From NCBI GenBank assembly GCA_903959815.1, contig CAJBYM010000109.1:2229-66228 (forward strand): DNA of 64,000 bases, written 5' to 3'. This DNA is from Candidatus Omnitrophota bacterium. Lineage in GTDB: Bacteria; Omnitrophota; Gorgyraeia; Zapsychrales; Fredricksoniimonadaceae. Shown here one piece after another: positions 39,732 to 50,167 of this stretch. Below the pieces are notes generated by a model. The model was not told the origin of the DNA. It saw only the letters and a list, made by a program, of their open reading frames with translations, and did not search any database. A program made the position numbers and the translations under genes. Numbering within the stretch: the stretch's first letter is position 1; every line of letters begins with the position of its first letter.

Positions 39732-39742
39732 GACAAACCTTT

Positions 39743-40570
39743 CTAAAAAGACACCTTAACGATTTCGTTGGGAGCATGCTTCACCGTACGCGCATATCCC
39801 ACAAGCGGTTTGCCAAACGCCATCACGTAACCCATAACATGATCTTGCGGGATCCCAAGACTGATCTTAAGCTCCGGCAAAACGACATTGATCAACCATT
39901 TTGCCAAACCAGTCCAAACCGTTCCCACACCCAGGCTTTGGGCAAAGAGCTCGAAGTACGCGAGCGCGATCAAACAGTCCGGCTCAGGTGCCGGGCAATT
40001 CTTGGGAGCAGATGCGATTACAAGATGAGGAGCCCCACGAAAAATAATGTCCACCTTGGCTGTTTCCCAAAGTTTCACATGATCAGCAAAGAATTCCATA
40101 CCCGGCGGCAACTTGCCTTCACGCACACACTGGGCCAAAAGATCCATGGCCTGTGTACGGAACTTATCCATCATCTGACGATTATCAATGACCGTGAAGC
40201 GCACCTGCCGCACATTCTTTCCCGTCGGTGCATAAGAGGCCACGTCCAAAAGCCGCTGTATGAGTGCAGGATCCAGATCTTCTTTCTTATAGCGACGGAC
40301 AGAACGGCGTGCTTTGATCAACCGTTCGATCTTGTCCGCATGCGGAAGTTCCCCGGTCACAGGCAAACATTCGGCCGGATCAACTCCCAGGATCGAGATC
40401 GCCGCCGTCGGACAGATCGCCAGGCAATGCTGGCAACGGATGCATTTGGGGCCATTCTGACGCGCAATGGACGGATGTCCGTCAACCATGTCGATGATAC
40501 TAACTAAACAATCTGCCGCGCACTGGCCACAAGAAATGCAACGTTCCTTATTAACAACGAACTTGATCAT
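39743..40570 (-). CDS. 2x[4Fe-4S] ferredoxin domain fused to a nitroreductase-family domain
   Basis: CISCGQCAADC and CIRCQHCLAICP cluster motifs, then a nitroreductase fold. Confidence 0.8.
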   Translation of the reverse strand: MIKFVVNKERCISCGQCAADCLVSIIDMVDGHPSIARQNGPKCIRCQHCLAICPTAAISILGVDPAECLPVTGELPHADKIERLIKARRSVRRYKKEDLDPALIQRLLDVASYAPTGKNVRQVRFTVIDNRQMMDKFRTQAMDLLAQCVREGKLPPGMEFFADHVKLWETAKVDIIFRGAPHLVIASAPKNCPAPEPDCLIALAYFELFAQSLGVGTVWTGLAKWLINVVLPELKISLGIPQDHVMGYVMAFGKPLVGYARTVKHAPNEIVKVSF

Positions 40571-40579
40571 AGTGCCTCC

Positions 40580-40765
40580 TTAATGCTTCACACCTAACTT
40601 TTCCAGAATGGTCATCATGGGACACCAATTCGTAAATGCCGACTGGAGAAGATTCAGCCCCACAAACGCCGTGAACCATAACCACATCGGGCTAACATAA
40701 TATGCCAACACCAGGCTGAGTAAAATAAAAAGTCCGGCCATACCTCTTAATATCCGCTGGATCAT
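40580..40765 (-). CDS. DUF2892 (YgaP-TM-like) small membrane protein
   Basis: 61 aa, two TM helices, NWCP motif. Confidence 0.6.
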   Translation of the reverse strand: MIQRILRGMAGLFILLSLVLAYYVSPMWLWFTAFVGLNLLQSAFTNWCPMMTILEKLGVKH

Positions 40766-43700
40766 AACGACCTCCCTATTTTTGGTTTCATAACCATATA
40801 ATATATCACCGGCACGGCCGTCCGTGAAAGGATCGTCGATGCCACTTCACCTGCGATCAGCGATAAGGCCAACCCCTGAAAGATAGGATCAAACAAAATA
40901 ACCGACGCGCCAACCACAACCGCGGCGGCCGTAAGGAGCATCGGACGGAAGCGTTTAGCCCCCGCATCGATCACAGCTTCCTCGATCGCCATCCCTTCTT
41001 TCATCCTCAGCTCAATAAAATCCACGAGAATGATCGAGTTGCGTACAACGATCCCGGCACCCGCGATCATGCCAATCATCGAAGTAGCCGTAAAGAATGT
41101 ATTCGTCATCCAGTGCGCGGGCAGAATGCCGATAAGTGTAAGCGGGATCGGTAACATGATGATCCATGGCGTCTTAAACGACTGGAACCATCCCACCACC
41201 AGCGTAAAGATCAATATCAGGACGATCGCAAAAGCGATCCCCAGGTCACGGAAGACTTCATACGTGATCTGCCACTCGCCATCCCACTTCAAAGACCAGC
41301 GCTCATCGGTCTGCGGCTGATCCGTCAATAAAAGATCTGCTTTCTTTTGCATAGCAGGATTGGGCTCAGGCACAGCGATCTTCTCAAAACCAGGATTCAG
41401 ATCAAGCATCGCATAAACCGGGCTGTCCACCTGACCATCCACATCCGCGATCACATAAGAAACACGTTGCAGGTTCTTATGATAGATCGTGTAATCTTTA
41501 TGCCCCGACTCCACCTCGACGAGGTCTTTCAGCGGGATCCGATTGCCAAAACGCGCCAGCACTGTCATTCCCAAAACAGCATCAAGGGTCTGTCGTTTAT
41601 CTTTGGATAAACGCAAGAGGATCTCAACCGGCTCATTCTCACCGGAAAGATGCGCCAGATCCGCCTTCGTTCCGAGTAAAGAATCCGCAACGACCTGAGC
41701 CAGCGCGTTGACCGCAACACCATTTAAAGAAGCCTTTTGCTTGTTGATCTTAAGCCGATATAACTTTTCCTGACGCCCCACATAACTATCAATATCTGTA
41801 ACGCTTGAACTATTTTTAAAAAGAAGCTCAACATCACTCGCCAGCTTGCGCTGCCCCTCAAGCGACGGACCATAGATCTCAACGACCATGGTCGAAAGGA
41901 CCGGAGGTCCCGGCGGAACTTCGGCAACCTGCACATGCCCGCCTAACTTATCCACGATCTGATGGATCTTCGGACGAACAGCTTTAGCAATATCATGGCT
42001 CTGCAGTTTACGATCTTTCTTCCCCACAAGATTGACCTGAAGGTCTGCCTGCCAAGGCTTGGAACGCAAGAAATAATGCCGCACAAGTCCGTTGAAATTA
42101 TACGGCGCACTAGTACCAATATAAGCCGTAATATTACTGACCTCGGGGACATCATGCATCACCGCCGCGATCTCATCAACCACCTTCTTTGTTCCTTCAA
42201 ACGTTGTTCCTTCAGGCATATTCAAAACGACCTGAAATTCATTTTTATTATCAAAAGGCAGCATTTTCATTTTAACAAGCTTAAGCGGTACCATCATCAC
42301 AACCAGGCCCAATGCCCCGATAAGTCCCATGATAAACCACTTACGAACAACGGCGTTATAGATCAGCGGCTGCATATAGGAACGGTACACGCGCGTCAAC
42401 AGATCATCCTTCTCCCCTTCGCCATGCCCTCGTAACTTACCCTCGGCATGCGCCCGCCCCAAGATCCTGTGCGCGGCCCAGGGTGTCGCCACGAACGCAA
42501 CGATCATGGAAAATACCATGGCCATACTCGCCCCGATCGGGATCGGACGCATATAAGGACCCATGAGGCCGCTGACAAATGCCATGGGCAAGATCGCCGC
42601 AATGACCGTAAGTGTCGCCAAAATAAGCGGGCTCTGGATCTCCTGAACAGCCTCAACGATCACATCGATCAAGGCCCTTCCTTTATTTTTGGCCATACGC
42701 AAATGCCGCACGATATTCTCAACACCGACGATCGGATCATCCACAAGAATGCCGATGGAAAATATCAACGCAAAAAGCGTAATGCGGTTAAGTGTAAACC
42801 CCAAGAAATGAAAACCGGCCAGCGTCAACGACAGGGTCATAGGAATAGCAATTGCAACCACACCCGACTCGCGCCAACCGAGCGTAAGCGCCATCAAAAG
42901 CGTCACACCTAAAATAGCCAGTGCCATGTGAAACAAAAGTTCATTTGATTTCTCATCCGCCGTCTCACCATAGTTGCGCGTGACCGCATAAGACACCGCC
43001 GCAGGGATCATGCTTCCTTTAACACCTTCAACCCTTTTAAGGATCCTTTCACAAACATGGGAGGCATTCGCGCCTTTCCTTTTAGAAACAGCCAGCGTCA
43101 CAGCTTCAAAAACACCTTTGGCCCCCGTCTTATCTGCCGGACCAAATTGAAAATTGACCGCAGTCTCATCTTCATCCGGTCCATCAACAACGGTCGCCAC
43201 ATCCTTCAAATAAACTTCACCCCCCTGGCTTACACCCACGACCACATTCTCAAGATCCTCTTTAGAGCGAAAAAAACCGTCGGACTCAACAGAAACAAGC
43301 TCTGGCCGGCTTTGCAAATGCCCTGCAGCTATCTTGACGTTCGAACGCCGGATAAGCTCGCCGACCTCGAGCGTATTTAAGAACCGTTCATTGAGCTTCT
43401 GTTCATCTAAGACAACACGAAACTGCCGCTTGCGTCCGCCTGTGATCTGCGTCTCGGAAACATCCGGAATAGCACTGACAATATTCTGCAGATCTGCCGC
43501 GACCTTGCGCAAACTAACCGCATCCATCGTCGCACTATGAAACGTCAATGTCATAACAGGAACATCGTCGATCGAACGGATCTTGATCAGCGGCTGAGAA
43601 CCTCCCATGGCCAAAAGATCCAAATTCGAATAAACCTTGGTATAAAGTTTGATCAGGCTCTTTTCCACATCCTCGCCAACCTTAAAACGAACCGTAATGA

Positions 43701-43992
43701 TCGCTCCGTCGGCCTGGGTCATGGAATAAACATACTCAACCCCGGGGAGTTCCCACAGTTTTCGCTCACCCACATTAACAATGCGCCGCTCGACTTCCTC
43801 GGCGGTCGCTCCAGGATAGGATACAAAGATATCAAAGACAGGAACCGCGATCTGCGGCTCTTCTTCCCGCGGAAGATTGATGATAGACATCACACCCAGG
43901 AATATAGAGAAACCAATAACAAGAGGCGTCACTTTAGAACGGATAAAAGCACCAACAATCCGCGATATAAGACTTTCCGATCCCATGCTCAT
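40762..43992 (-). CDS. RND efflux pump, AcrB/CzcA superfamily
   Basis: 1076 aa, 12 TM helices and two large periplasmic loops, ACR_tran pattern. Confidence 0.9.
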   Translation of the reverse strand: MSMGSESLISRIVGAFIRSKVTPLVIGFSIFLGVMSIINLPREEEPQIAVPVFDIFVSYPGATAEEVERRIVNVGERKLWELPGVEYVYSMTQADGAIITVRFKVGEDVEKSLIKLYTKVYSNLDLLAMGGSQPLIKIRSIDDVPVMTLTFHSATMDAVSLRKVAADLQNIVSAIPDVSETQITGGRKRQFRVVLDEQKLNERFLNTLEVGELIRRSNVKIAAGHLQSRPELVSVESDGFFRSKEDLENVVVGVSQGGEVYLKDVATVVDGPDEDETAVNFQFGPADKTGAKGVFEAVTLAVSKRKGANASHVCERILKRVEGVKGSMIPAAVSYAVTRNYGETADEKSNELLFHMALAILGVTLLMALTLGWRESGVVAIAIPMTLSLTLAGFHFLGFTLNRITLFALIFSIGILVDDPIVGVENIVRHLRMAKNKGRALIDVIVEAVQEIQSPLILATLTVIAAILPMAFVSGLMGPYMRPIPIGASMAMVFSMIVAFVATPWAAHRILGRAHAEGKLRGHGEGEKDDLLTRVYRSYMQPLIYNAVVRKWFIMGLIGALGLVVMMVPLKLVKMKMLPFDNKNEFQVVLNMPEGTTFEGTKKVVDEIAAVMHDVPEVSNITAYIGTSAPYNFNGLVRHYFLRSKPWQADLQVNLVGKKDRKLQSHDIAKAVRPKIHQIVDKLGGHVQVAEVPPGPPVLSTMVVEIYGPSLEGQRKLASDVELLFKNSSSVTDIDSYVGRQEKLYRLKINKQKASLNGVAVNALAQVVADSLLGTKADLAHLSGENEPVEILLRLSKDKRQTLDAVLGMTVLARFGNRIPLKDLVEVESGHKDYTIYHKNLQRVSYVIADVDGQVDSPVYAMLDLNPGFEKIAVPEPNPAMQKKADLLLTDQPQTDERWSLKWDGEWQITYEVFRDLGIAFAIVLILIFTLVVGWFQSFKTPWIIMLPIPLTLIGILPAHWMTNTFFTATSMIGMIAGAGIVVRNSIILVDFIELRMKEGMAIEEAVIDAGAKRFRPMLLTAAAVVVGASVILFDPIFQGLALSLIAGEVASTILSRTAVPVIYYMVMKPKIGRSL

Positions 43993-45368
43993 AATCCACC
44001 CTCCTGGCCTAAAGCGCTCAAAACCCCTTCATTCAGCTGTCCTGTAAGAAACAGAAGCCTTCCTTGCGAAAGAAAGGCTCCCATTAAAGCTTTTTCATAA
44101 CCTTCAATGGTTTGCAAATACGCCCGACGAGCATCCATAAGATCGGCCACCGATTTACGGCCTTCACTATAAAGAGGCGCTGTGAGCGATACCGCTTCTT
44201 TAGCATCCTCGCTCATGGCTCTAAGCACCGGAAGGTTATCCCGAAATGCATCATAGCGGGCTGTTTCCCCGGCAATGGCACGGGCGACCGTATCTTTCAA
44301 GATTTGAATGTCATGCGCCAGACGTTCTTTCAACGCCAGCGCTTCTTTCACCCGCCCGCTACGCGACGGGTCAAAAAGCGACATCCGCGCTTTAACCCCA
44401 ACAGTAAAGTTACTCCCCCCCGCATCATGGATATCACGACGATTATTGGTCGCATCCCCAAACGCCATCAAACGCGGCAGTGCCGACGCCTTCTCACGCG
44501 ATAATTCAAGATCAGCCGCCTTAACACGCAAGTCCAACGCTTTCAGATCCGGACGCGACACACCCGCTTCACGCACCAAGGACTCCACCTCACGACTGAG
44601 CACTGTCTTTTCCTGTAATATATTCACGAGCTCCCAGGTTGTTCCCATCGGCTCACCCATCAGAATGTTCAACAAGACCATCATGGCTTTCTTCTGACGG
44701 AAGATCTCATTTTTCATGCGCGTCATATCCCCGAACATCACACGCGCCGCATAATAATCAGCCCCTAGGATCATACCTTTATCCTTGAGATCTTTAGCCT
44801 TTTGAAGATCTTCATCTGCACTTTTTTGAACTTCATCCACGATCGTTGCCAAACGCTCCAGAACCAACGCATTCAGATACGCATCCTGTGCGGTCAACAA
44901 AGCTTCCATCCGGGTAAAATCCTCATCTGCTTCGGTCGCCTTCACCTGTTCCCGTGCGGCACGTGTACGATAGATCGTCTGCATGGCATCGATCAAGGGA
45001 AGCTCCACATGAACGCCGCCCGCAAGATCACGATGATGGCGAGGTGTATTCAATCGGTCTACTTCAAAATCTGATGATGCAAAACGTTCCTGCCGAAGTT
45101 TCATACCAAAAACATTCACCGGATCATCAGACTCCTGATAGTCCGCAGAAAGATCGAGCGATGGCCAAAACCCTGCTCTGGCCTGCATTTGACGGGCTAG
45201 CGCGGCCTGAACATCCGTATGCGCCGCTTTTAATTGAGGATAATAATGCAGAACTTTTTCTGAGAATTGTGCAAAAGTCAGGATTGATGCCGCTTCTTGA
45301 GCCTGAACCACCGGCATAAAGAAAAGAATCATTCCGATGATGATATTAAAAGAAAGAGCCTTCTTCAT
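43989..45368 (-). CDS. TolC-family outer membrane efflux protein
   Basis: Signal peptide, two OEP repeats, 459 aa. Confidence 0.85.
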   Translation of the reverse strand: MKKALSFNIIIGMILFFMPVVQAQEAASILTFAQFSEKVLHYYPQLKAAHTDVQAALARQMQARAGFWPSLDLSADYQESDDPVNVFGMKLRQERFASSDFEVDRLNTPRHHRDLAGGVHVELPLIDAMQTIYRTRAAREQVKATEADEDFTRMEALLTAQDAYLNALVLERLATIVDEVQKSADEDLQKAKDLKDKGMILGADYYAARVMFGDMTRMKNEIFRQKKAMMVLLNILMGEPMGTTWELVNILQEKTVLSREVESLVREAGVSRPDLKALDLRVKAADLELSREKASALPRLMAFGDATNNRRDIHDAGGSNFTVGVKARMSLFDPSRSGRVKEALALKERLAHDIQILKDTVARAIAGETARYDAFRDNLPVLRAMSEDAKEAVSLTAPLYSEGRKSVADLMDARRAYLQTIEGYEKALMGAFLSQGRLLFLTGQLNEGVLSALGQEGGL

Positions 45369-45646
45369 CGCGACACCTCCCCTTTAGACAAGACCTTGAT
45401 CAATTCAACAACTTTTGGCGCAAGAACCCGATAACAGGTTTTCACTCCCTCTTTTCTGATCCCCACCACTCCCGCAGCTTTTAAAACACCCAGATGCTGA
45501 GACACCGTCGATTGCGGCAGCTTAAGCGCCTTGACCATCTTATCCACATGACATTCACGGCCCAAAAGGCCCTCGGCCATGCGCAAACGTACGGGATGCG
45601 CCAAAGCTTTCAATACTTCACTTTCCCGGATATAATCCATCGGCAT
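45365..45646 (-). CDS. ArsR/SmtB-family transcriptional regulator
   Basis: LKALAHPVRLRMAEGL winged-helix motif, 93 aa. Confidence 0.85.
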   Translation of the reverse strand: MPMDYIRESEVLKALAHPVRLRMAEGLLGRECHVDKMVKALKLPQSTVSQHLGVLKAAGVVGIRKEGVKTCYRVLAPKVVELIKVLSKGEVSR

Positions 45647-45650
45647 AGAA

Positions 45651-45697
45651 AAACCCCTTTCATCGTATAATTGCGATATTACGATAAAAGGGGTTTT
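45651..45697 (-). promoter_or_regulatory. 47-bp near-perfect palindrome overlapping the arsR Shine-Dalgarno; candidate operator and/or terminator
   Basis: AAACCCCTTTCATCGTATAATTGCGATATTACGATAAAAGGGGTTT. The right arm contains the AAAGGGG Shine-Dalgarno of arsR. Confidence 0.5.
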
Positions 45698-45735
45698 CTG
45701 TCAAGTGCTATCCGTCAACCGGACCGATCGCCGCT

Positions 45736-46275
45736 TTATGCGATCTTGGGCGGTTCAGGAAAATCTACTTCCGTCTCGGCAATGTGATTAAAATAATTCG
45801 TGAAAAGATTAAACGTAACCCAGGCGATCACCTCGATGAGCGCTGCATCCGAATAGCCGGCTGCTTTAAACGCATCAACGACCTTGCCCAACGGACGGCC
45901 TTTTTTCTCGGAGATCTCCACCACAAGCTCCAGGAGCGCATCCATCTTCGGATCTTGGCTTATCCCCTGACGCGCTTCAAGTGTCTCTTCATCCGTAAGA
46001 CCTGACATCTTGCCGATAACCGTATGAGCTGCCACACAATAATCACACGTGTTATTCTGACCAACAGCCAACGCGATCGCTTCGATCTCCTTGGGCGTTA
46101 GTACACCTTTCTTCAAACCAAAGTTATACGCCAAGAGCGCATGCAACGTACTCGGCGAATGCGCCATGGTCGCATAGATATTAGGGATCTTCCCCATCTT
46201 GGCCTGGATGCCTTCGAGGACTTTTTTCTGCTCTTCATTGGCAGCATCCAACTTAACGGGTTCAATAACTGGCAT
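45736..46275 (-). CDS. AhpD-like/carboxymuconolactone decarboxylase family protein
   Basis: CDYCVAAH motif. Start set at ATG 46275, which has an AAGGA Shine-Dalgarno. Confidence 0.75.
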   Translation of the reverse strand: MPVIEPVKLDAANEEQKKVLEGIQAKMGKIPNIYATMAHSPSTLHALLAYNFGLKKGVLTPKEIEAIALAVGQNNTCDYCVAAHTVIGKMSGLTDEETLEARQGISQDPKMDALLELVVEISEKKGRPLGKVVDAFKAAGYSDAALIEVIAWVTFNLFTNYFNHIAETEVDFPEPPKIA

Positions 46276-46490
46276 ACAACACATCCTTTCTAAACTTTTA
46301 ATAATCAAAAAATAATATCGTATTATTTTCTTTTTCCTCTATTAATGGATATTATCTTATCATTCTAAAAAATAGAAGCTAAATAAATTTTTGCGAATAA
46401 TAAATACAAATTCTTTGAAAGTATTTGCGGTCATCTACGACCAAAATAAACAATCCGATAAATATTATTAATTCATAAGAGAAAAATCCT

Positions 46491-49118
46491 ATGCCCATGA
46501 ATAAAATACAAAAAAGAAACGGCGAAATCGTTGATTTCTTGCCAGAACGTATCGCCGATGCCATCCGCAAAGCCACTGAAGCCACGCGCCAAAACAACCC
46601 GTCACTTAACCTGGATACAGCTTTCATCCCTGCGATCACCGATGATATCATTGGTGAACTGAAGAAACATTATGCCGCATCCGAACGCATCCCCAACATT
46701 GAGCATATCCAGGATATCGTTGAACAAAAACTGGTCGAAAACGGGCACTTCGAGATCGCAAGGAACTACATCCTTTACAGATCCCATCACGCCCAGCTGC
46801 GCATCGAAGCCAGACTTGAACAGCTAAAGAAGATCGACAATAATCTCCTTAAAGTCCAGAAACGTAATAAGAAGACTGAAGTGTTTAAAGTCGACAAACT
46901 CCGCAAGACATTCGCCCTCGCCGCCAAAGGATATGAAAAAGAATGCCCGTTTGAACAGCTCTACGAACGCCTGAAACTTACGATCAATGACAATATCCTA
47001 ACGACCCAGATCAACAAGAACATGCGCAAGGTCGCGCTCGATCTGGTCACAGTCAAGAATATCTCGTGGCAAAATATTGCCGGCCGGCTCTATCTGATGG
47101 ACCTTTACAAACAAGCCTGCCGCAACCGCGTTATGGAACCTGCAAAGATCTACGCGGCTGAGGAATTCAAAAAACTTTTTGACACCTATATTAAAGAAGG
47201 CAAGTATTCACAGGATTTCTACACCTACTATACCGCAGAGGACATCCTCAAAGCCGGCGCCGCGATCGATAAAGAACGCGACTTCTCCTATATCTATTCC
47301 ACAGTTCTGGCCTTTGACCGGCGGTATCTGCTGAATCCTAATAAATATGTGCGCGAACTGCCCCAGGAAATGTACATGGCGATCGCCTTGTTCCTGGCCA
47401 TCCCTGAACCTCAGGAAAAACGCCTGGCTATCGCGCTGAGCATTTACGAACTTACCTCGACCCAACAATTATCCCTTCCCACACCAACGCTCTTAAACGC
47501 CCGGACCAATTTTCATCAGCTCTCCAGTTGTTTCAAACTCAATGTCAACGATGACCTGCGCGCCATCTATCATGCGCTGGAAAACATGGCCCAGATCTCC
47601 AAATTTGGCGGTGGCGTCGGTGCTTATCTGGGGCACATCCGTTCACGCGGAGCTTATATCCGTGAAATGAAAGGCGCGTCCGGTGGCGTGATCCCCTGGG
47701 TGCGGCTGATCAACAACACCGCCAGTGCCGTCAACCAGCTCGGTTCACGGCTTGGAGCCATCTCACCCACACTTGACATCTGGCACCGCGACATTCTGGA
47801 CTTTCTCAACCTGCAGACCGAAACGGGCGACATCCGATCCAAAGCATTTGATATCTTCCCGGCGATCTCGATCCCGGATTTGTTCATGCGCCGGGTAGAA
47901 GCCGGAGAGAACTGGACCCTTTTCGATCCTCATGAAGTGCATCAAAAGAAAGGCCGGCGGATCGAGGATCATTTTGGGAAAGATTTTGACACCTTCTATA
48001 AAGAATGTGAACAAGACCCGACTCTAGAGTTCAAAAATCCGATCAACGCCAAAGAACTCATGAAACGGTTCCTCAAGACAGCTGTTGAAACAGGCATGCC
48101 CTATGTCTTTTTTCGTGATACCGTCAATCGCTTAAACCCCAACCGTCATGCAGGCAACATCTACTCCACACAGCTATGCACCGAAATATGCCAGAACACA
48201 GCTGACGCTGTGTTCAATGGGGAAACACTTGAGAATGGAAATGTCAATCTATCCTACACGCCCGGAGATACTGTTGTCTGCAACCTCGCCTCGATCAACG
48301 TGGCGAAGGTCAACACACCCGAACAGATCCGGCGTGTGATGCCCATTGCGCTGCGCGTTCTGGACAATGTCATCACCCTGAATTTTTATCCCATTAAAGA
48401 AAGCGAGATCACGGCCAAGAAATACCGCAGCATCGGGCTCGGGTTCATGGGGCTCGCCGAATACCTAGCCTGCTCAGGACTCTCGTATGATTCCGCAGAA
48501 GCCCGTGCTCATGTGAACACACTCTTCGAACAATACGCCTACGCGACACTCTACGGCTCATGTGAACTGGCCAAAGAACGCGGCGCCTATGAACTTTTTG
48601 AAGGCAGTGACTGGTCCAAGGGACTGCTCTTCGGACGGGACACGTCATGGTATAAGGCCAACAGTAAAATGGCGGATCAGTGGGCCTCTCTGATCAAAGA
48701 TATCCAAAAGAATGGCGTACGTTTTGCTTATCACCTAGCACCGGCCCCCAACACCTCAACATCTGGCGTCGTTGGAACAACAGCCGGGCTACTGCCGATC
48801 TACAAGAAGTTCTTTGTAGAAACAAATGCACTGGCCCCGATCGTAACCGTCGCGCCCAACCTTTCACCGAAGAATTTCTGGCATTATAAAGAATACGTCC
48901 ACATGGACATGAACGATGTGATCGACATGATCGCAACAATATACCCGTGGGTTGACCAATCCATCTCCTTCGAGTGGCTCATCAACCCGGCGAACACATC
49001 TCCGGCAGAACTTTATGGCTATTACATGAAAGCGTGGAGATCTGGAATTAAAACAGTCTACTACGTGCGCAGCATGAGCGGCGAACTGAAAGAAACCTGT
49101 GTCAGCTGCAGCGGCTGA
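46491..49118 (+). CDS. nrdA: Class I ribonucleotide reductase alpha subunit
   Basis: N-terminal ATP-cone, active-site QLCTEICQ, C-terminal CVSCSG redox tail. Confidence 0.9.
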   Translation: MPMNKIQKRNGEIVDFLPERIADAIRKATEATRQNNPSLNLDTAFIPAITDDIIGELKKHYAASERIPNIEHIQDIVEQKLVENGHFEIARNYILYRSHHAQLRIEARLEQLKKIDNNLLKVQKRNKKTEVFKVDKLRKTFALAAKGYEKECPFEQLYERLKLTINDNILTTQINKNMRKVALDLVTVKNISWQNIAGRLYLMDLYKQACRNRVMEPAKIYAAEEFKKLFDTYIKEGKYSQDFYTYYTAEDILKAGAAIDKERDFSYIYSTVLAFDRRYLLNPNKYVRELPQEMYMAIALFLAIPEPQEKRLAIALSIYELTSTQQLSLPTPTLLNARTNFHQLSSCFKLNVNDDLRAIYHALENMAQISKFGGGVGAYLGHIRSRGAYIREMKGASGGVIPWVRLINNTASAVNQLGSRLGAISPTLDIWHRDILDFLNLQTETGDIRSKAFDIFPAISIPDLFMRRVEAGENWTLFDPHEVHQKKGRRIEDHFGKDFDTFYKECEQDPTLEFKNPINAKELMKRFLKTAVETGMPYVFFRDTVNRLNPNRHAGNIYSTQLCTEICQNTADAVFNGETLENGNVNLSYTPGDTVVCNLASINVAKVNTPEQIRRVMPIALRVLDNVITLNFYPIKESEITAKKYRSIGLGFMGLAEYLACSGLSYDSAEARAHVNTLFEQYAYATLYGSCELAKERGAYELFEGSDWSKGLLFGRDTSWYKANSKMADQWASLIKDIQKNGVRFAYHLAPAPNTSTSGVVGTTAGLLPIYKKFFVETNALAPIVTVAPNLSPKNFWHYKEYVHMDMNDVIDMIATIYPWVDQSISFEWLINPANTSPAELYGYYMKAWRSGIKTVYYVRSMSGELKETCVSCSG

Positions 49119-49135
49119 CCTAAAGGAAACTAACC

Positions 49136-50164
49136 ATGAAAAAGAATCTTATCTTTAATCCCAACGGCGATGATAACGTCGCCCAGCGCACGATCATTAA
49201 AGGCAATACAACGGGGCTTTTTAACTTGAACGCCGTTAAATACCCCTGGGCCAAATCCATGTACCAGGTCATGATCGGCAATTTCTGGGTGCCTGAGAAA
49301 GTGGGTGGCCTGGGAGAAGATGCGACGATGTACCAGGGGCTATCAGCGGCCGAACAACGCGCCTATAAAGGGATGATCTCGTTTCTGACCTTCCTCGACA
49401 GCATCCAGACGGTCAATCTGCCGAACTTCTCCGACTACATCACCTCACCGGAGATCAATCTCTTATTGTCCATCCAGTCTTTCCAAGAAGCCATTCACTC
49501 ACAAAGTTATACAACGGTCCTCGAAACCGTGGTGGATGCCAAAGAAAGAGAAGAGATCTACTACTTCTGGCGCGAAGACAGTGTTCTTCTTAAGCGCAAT
49601 CAATACATCGGAAGGATCTACCAAGACTTCCAGGATAATCCGAATGACGCCAACTTCTTCAGAGGCCTCATCGGCAATTACCTTCTGGAAAGCTTGTACT
49701 TCTACAATGGCTTCGCCTTCTTTGACAACATGGCCTATGCCTCAAAGATGGTCGCGACCGGACGCATGATCAACTACATCCGCCGGGACGAACTCATCCA
49801 CGTCGCCCTTTTTGCCAACATCCTCAAAGAGATCCGCCGCGAGTTTCCCGACATGTTCGACGTGCCCATGATCACAGACATGTTCCGTACGGCCGTTGAT
49901 CAGGAGATCCTTTGGACCAACCATATCATCGGTGACGGCATTCCCGGGATCACAACCATGACAACGGAGATGTACACCAAGTGGCTCGCCAATACACGAC
50001 TGGAGGGACTGAATTTACCGCCCCTGTTCCCCGAGGTGGTCACAAGTCCTTATAAACATTTGGAAGCTATGGCGGATAATAACAGCGAGAAGACCAACTT
50101 CTTCGAATCGACGGTCACGAACTACACGCAATCGAGTTCCATGAACGGGTCGTGGGATTTCTAA
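49136..50164 (+). CDS. nrdB: Class I ribonucleotide reductase beta subunit
   Basis: Diiron ferritin-like motifs EAIHSQSY and RDELIHV. C-terminal ...WDF. Confidence 0.9.
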   Translation: MKKNLIFNPNGDDNVAQRTIIKGNTTGLFNLNAVKYPWAKSMYQVMIGNFWVPEKVGGLGEDATMYQGLSAAEQRAYKGMISFLTFLDSIQTVNLPNFSDYITSPEINLLLSIQSFQEAIHSQSYTTVLETVVDAKEREEIYYFWREDSVLLKRNQYIGRIYQDFQDNPNDANFFRGLIGNYLLESLYFYNGFAFFDNMAYASKMVATGRMINYIRRDELIHVALFANILKEIRREFPDMFDVPMITDMFRTAVDQEILWTNHIIGDGIPGITTMTTEMYTKWLANTRLEGLNLPPLFPEVVTSPYKHLEAMADNNSEKTNFFESTVTNYTQSSSMNGSWDF

Positions 50165-50167
50165 ACT

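Noticed and set aside
46309-46490. Looked for NrdR boxes upstream of nrdAB
   Set aside because: No 16-bp acaCwAtATaTwGtgt-like palindromes are visible. Only an AT-rich leader is present, so no regulatory site is called.
46379-46651. Minus-strand 90-aa ORF overlapping the nrdA start
   Set aside because: Hydrophobic low-complexity translation antisense to the nrdA 5' end, with no Shine-Dalgarno.
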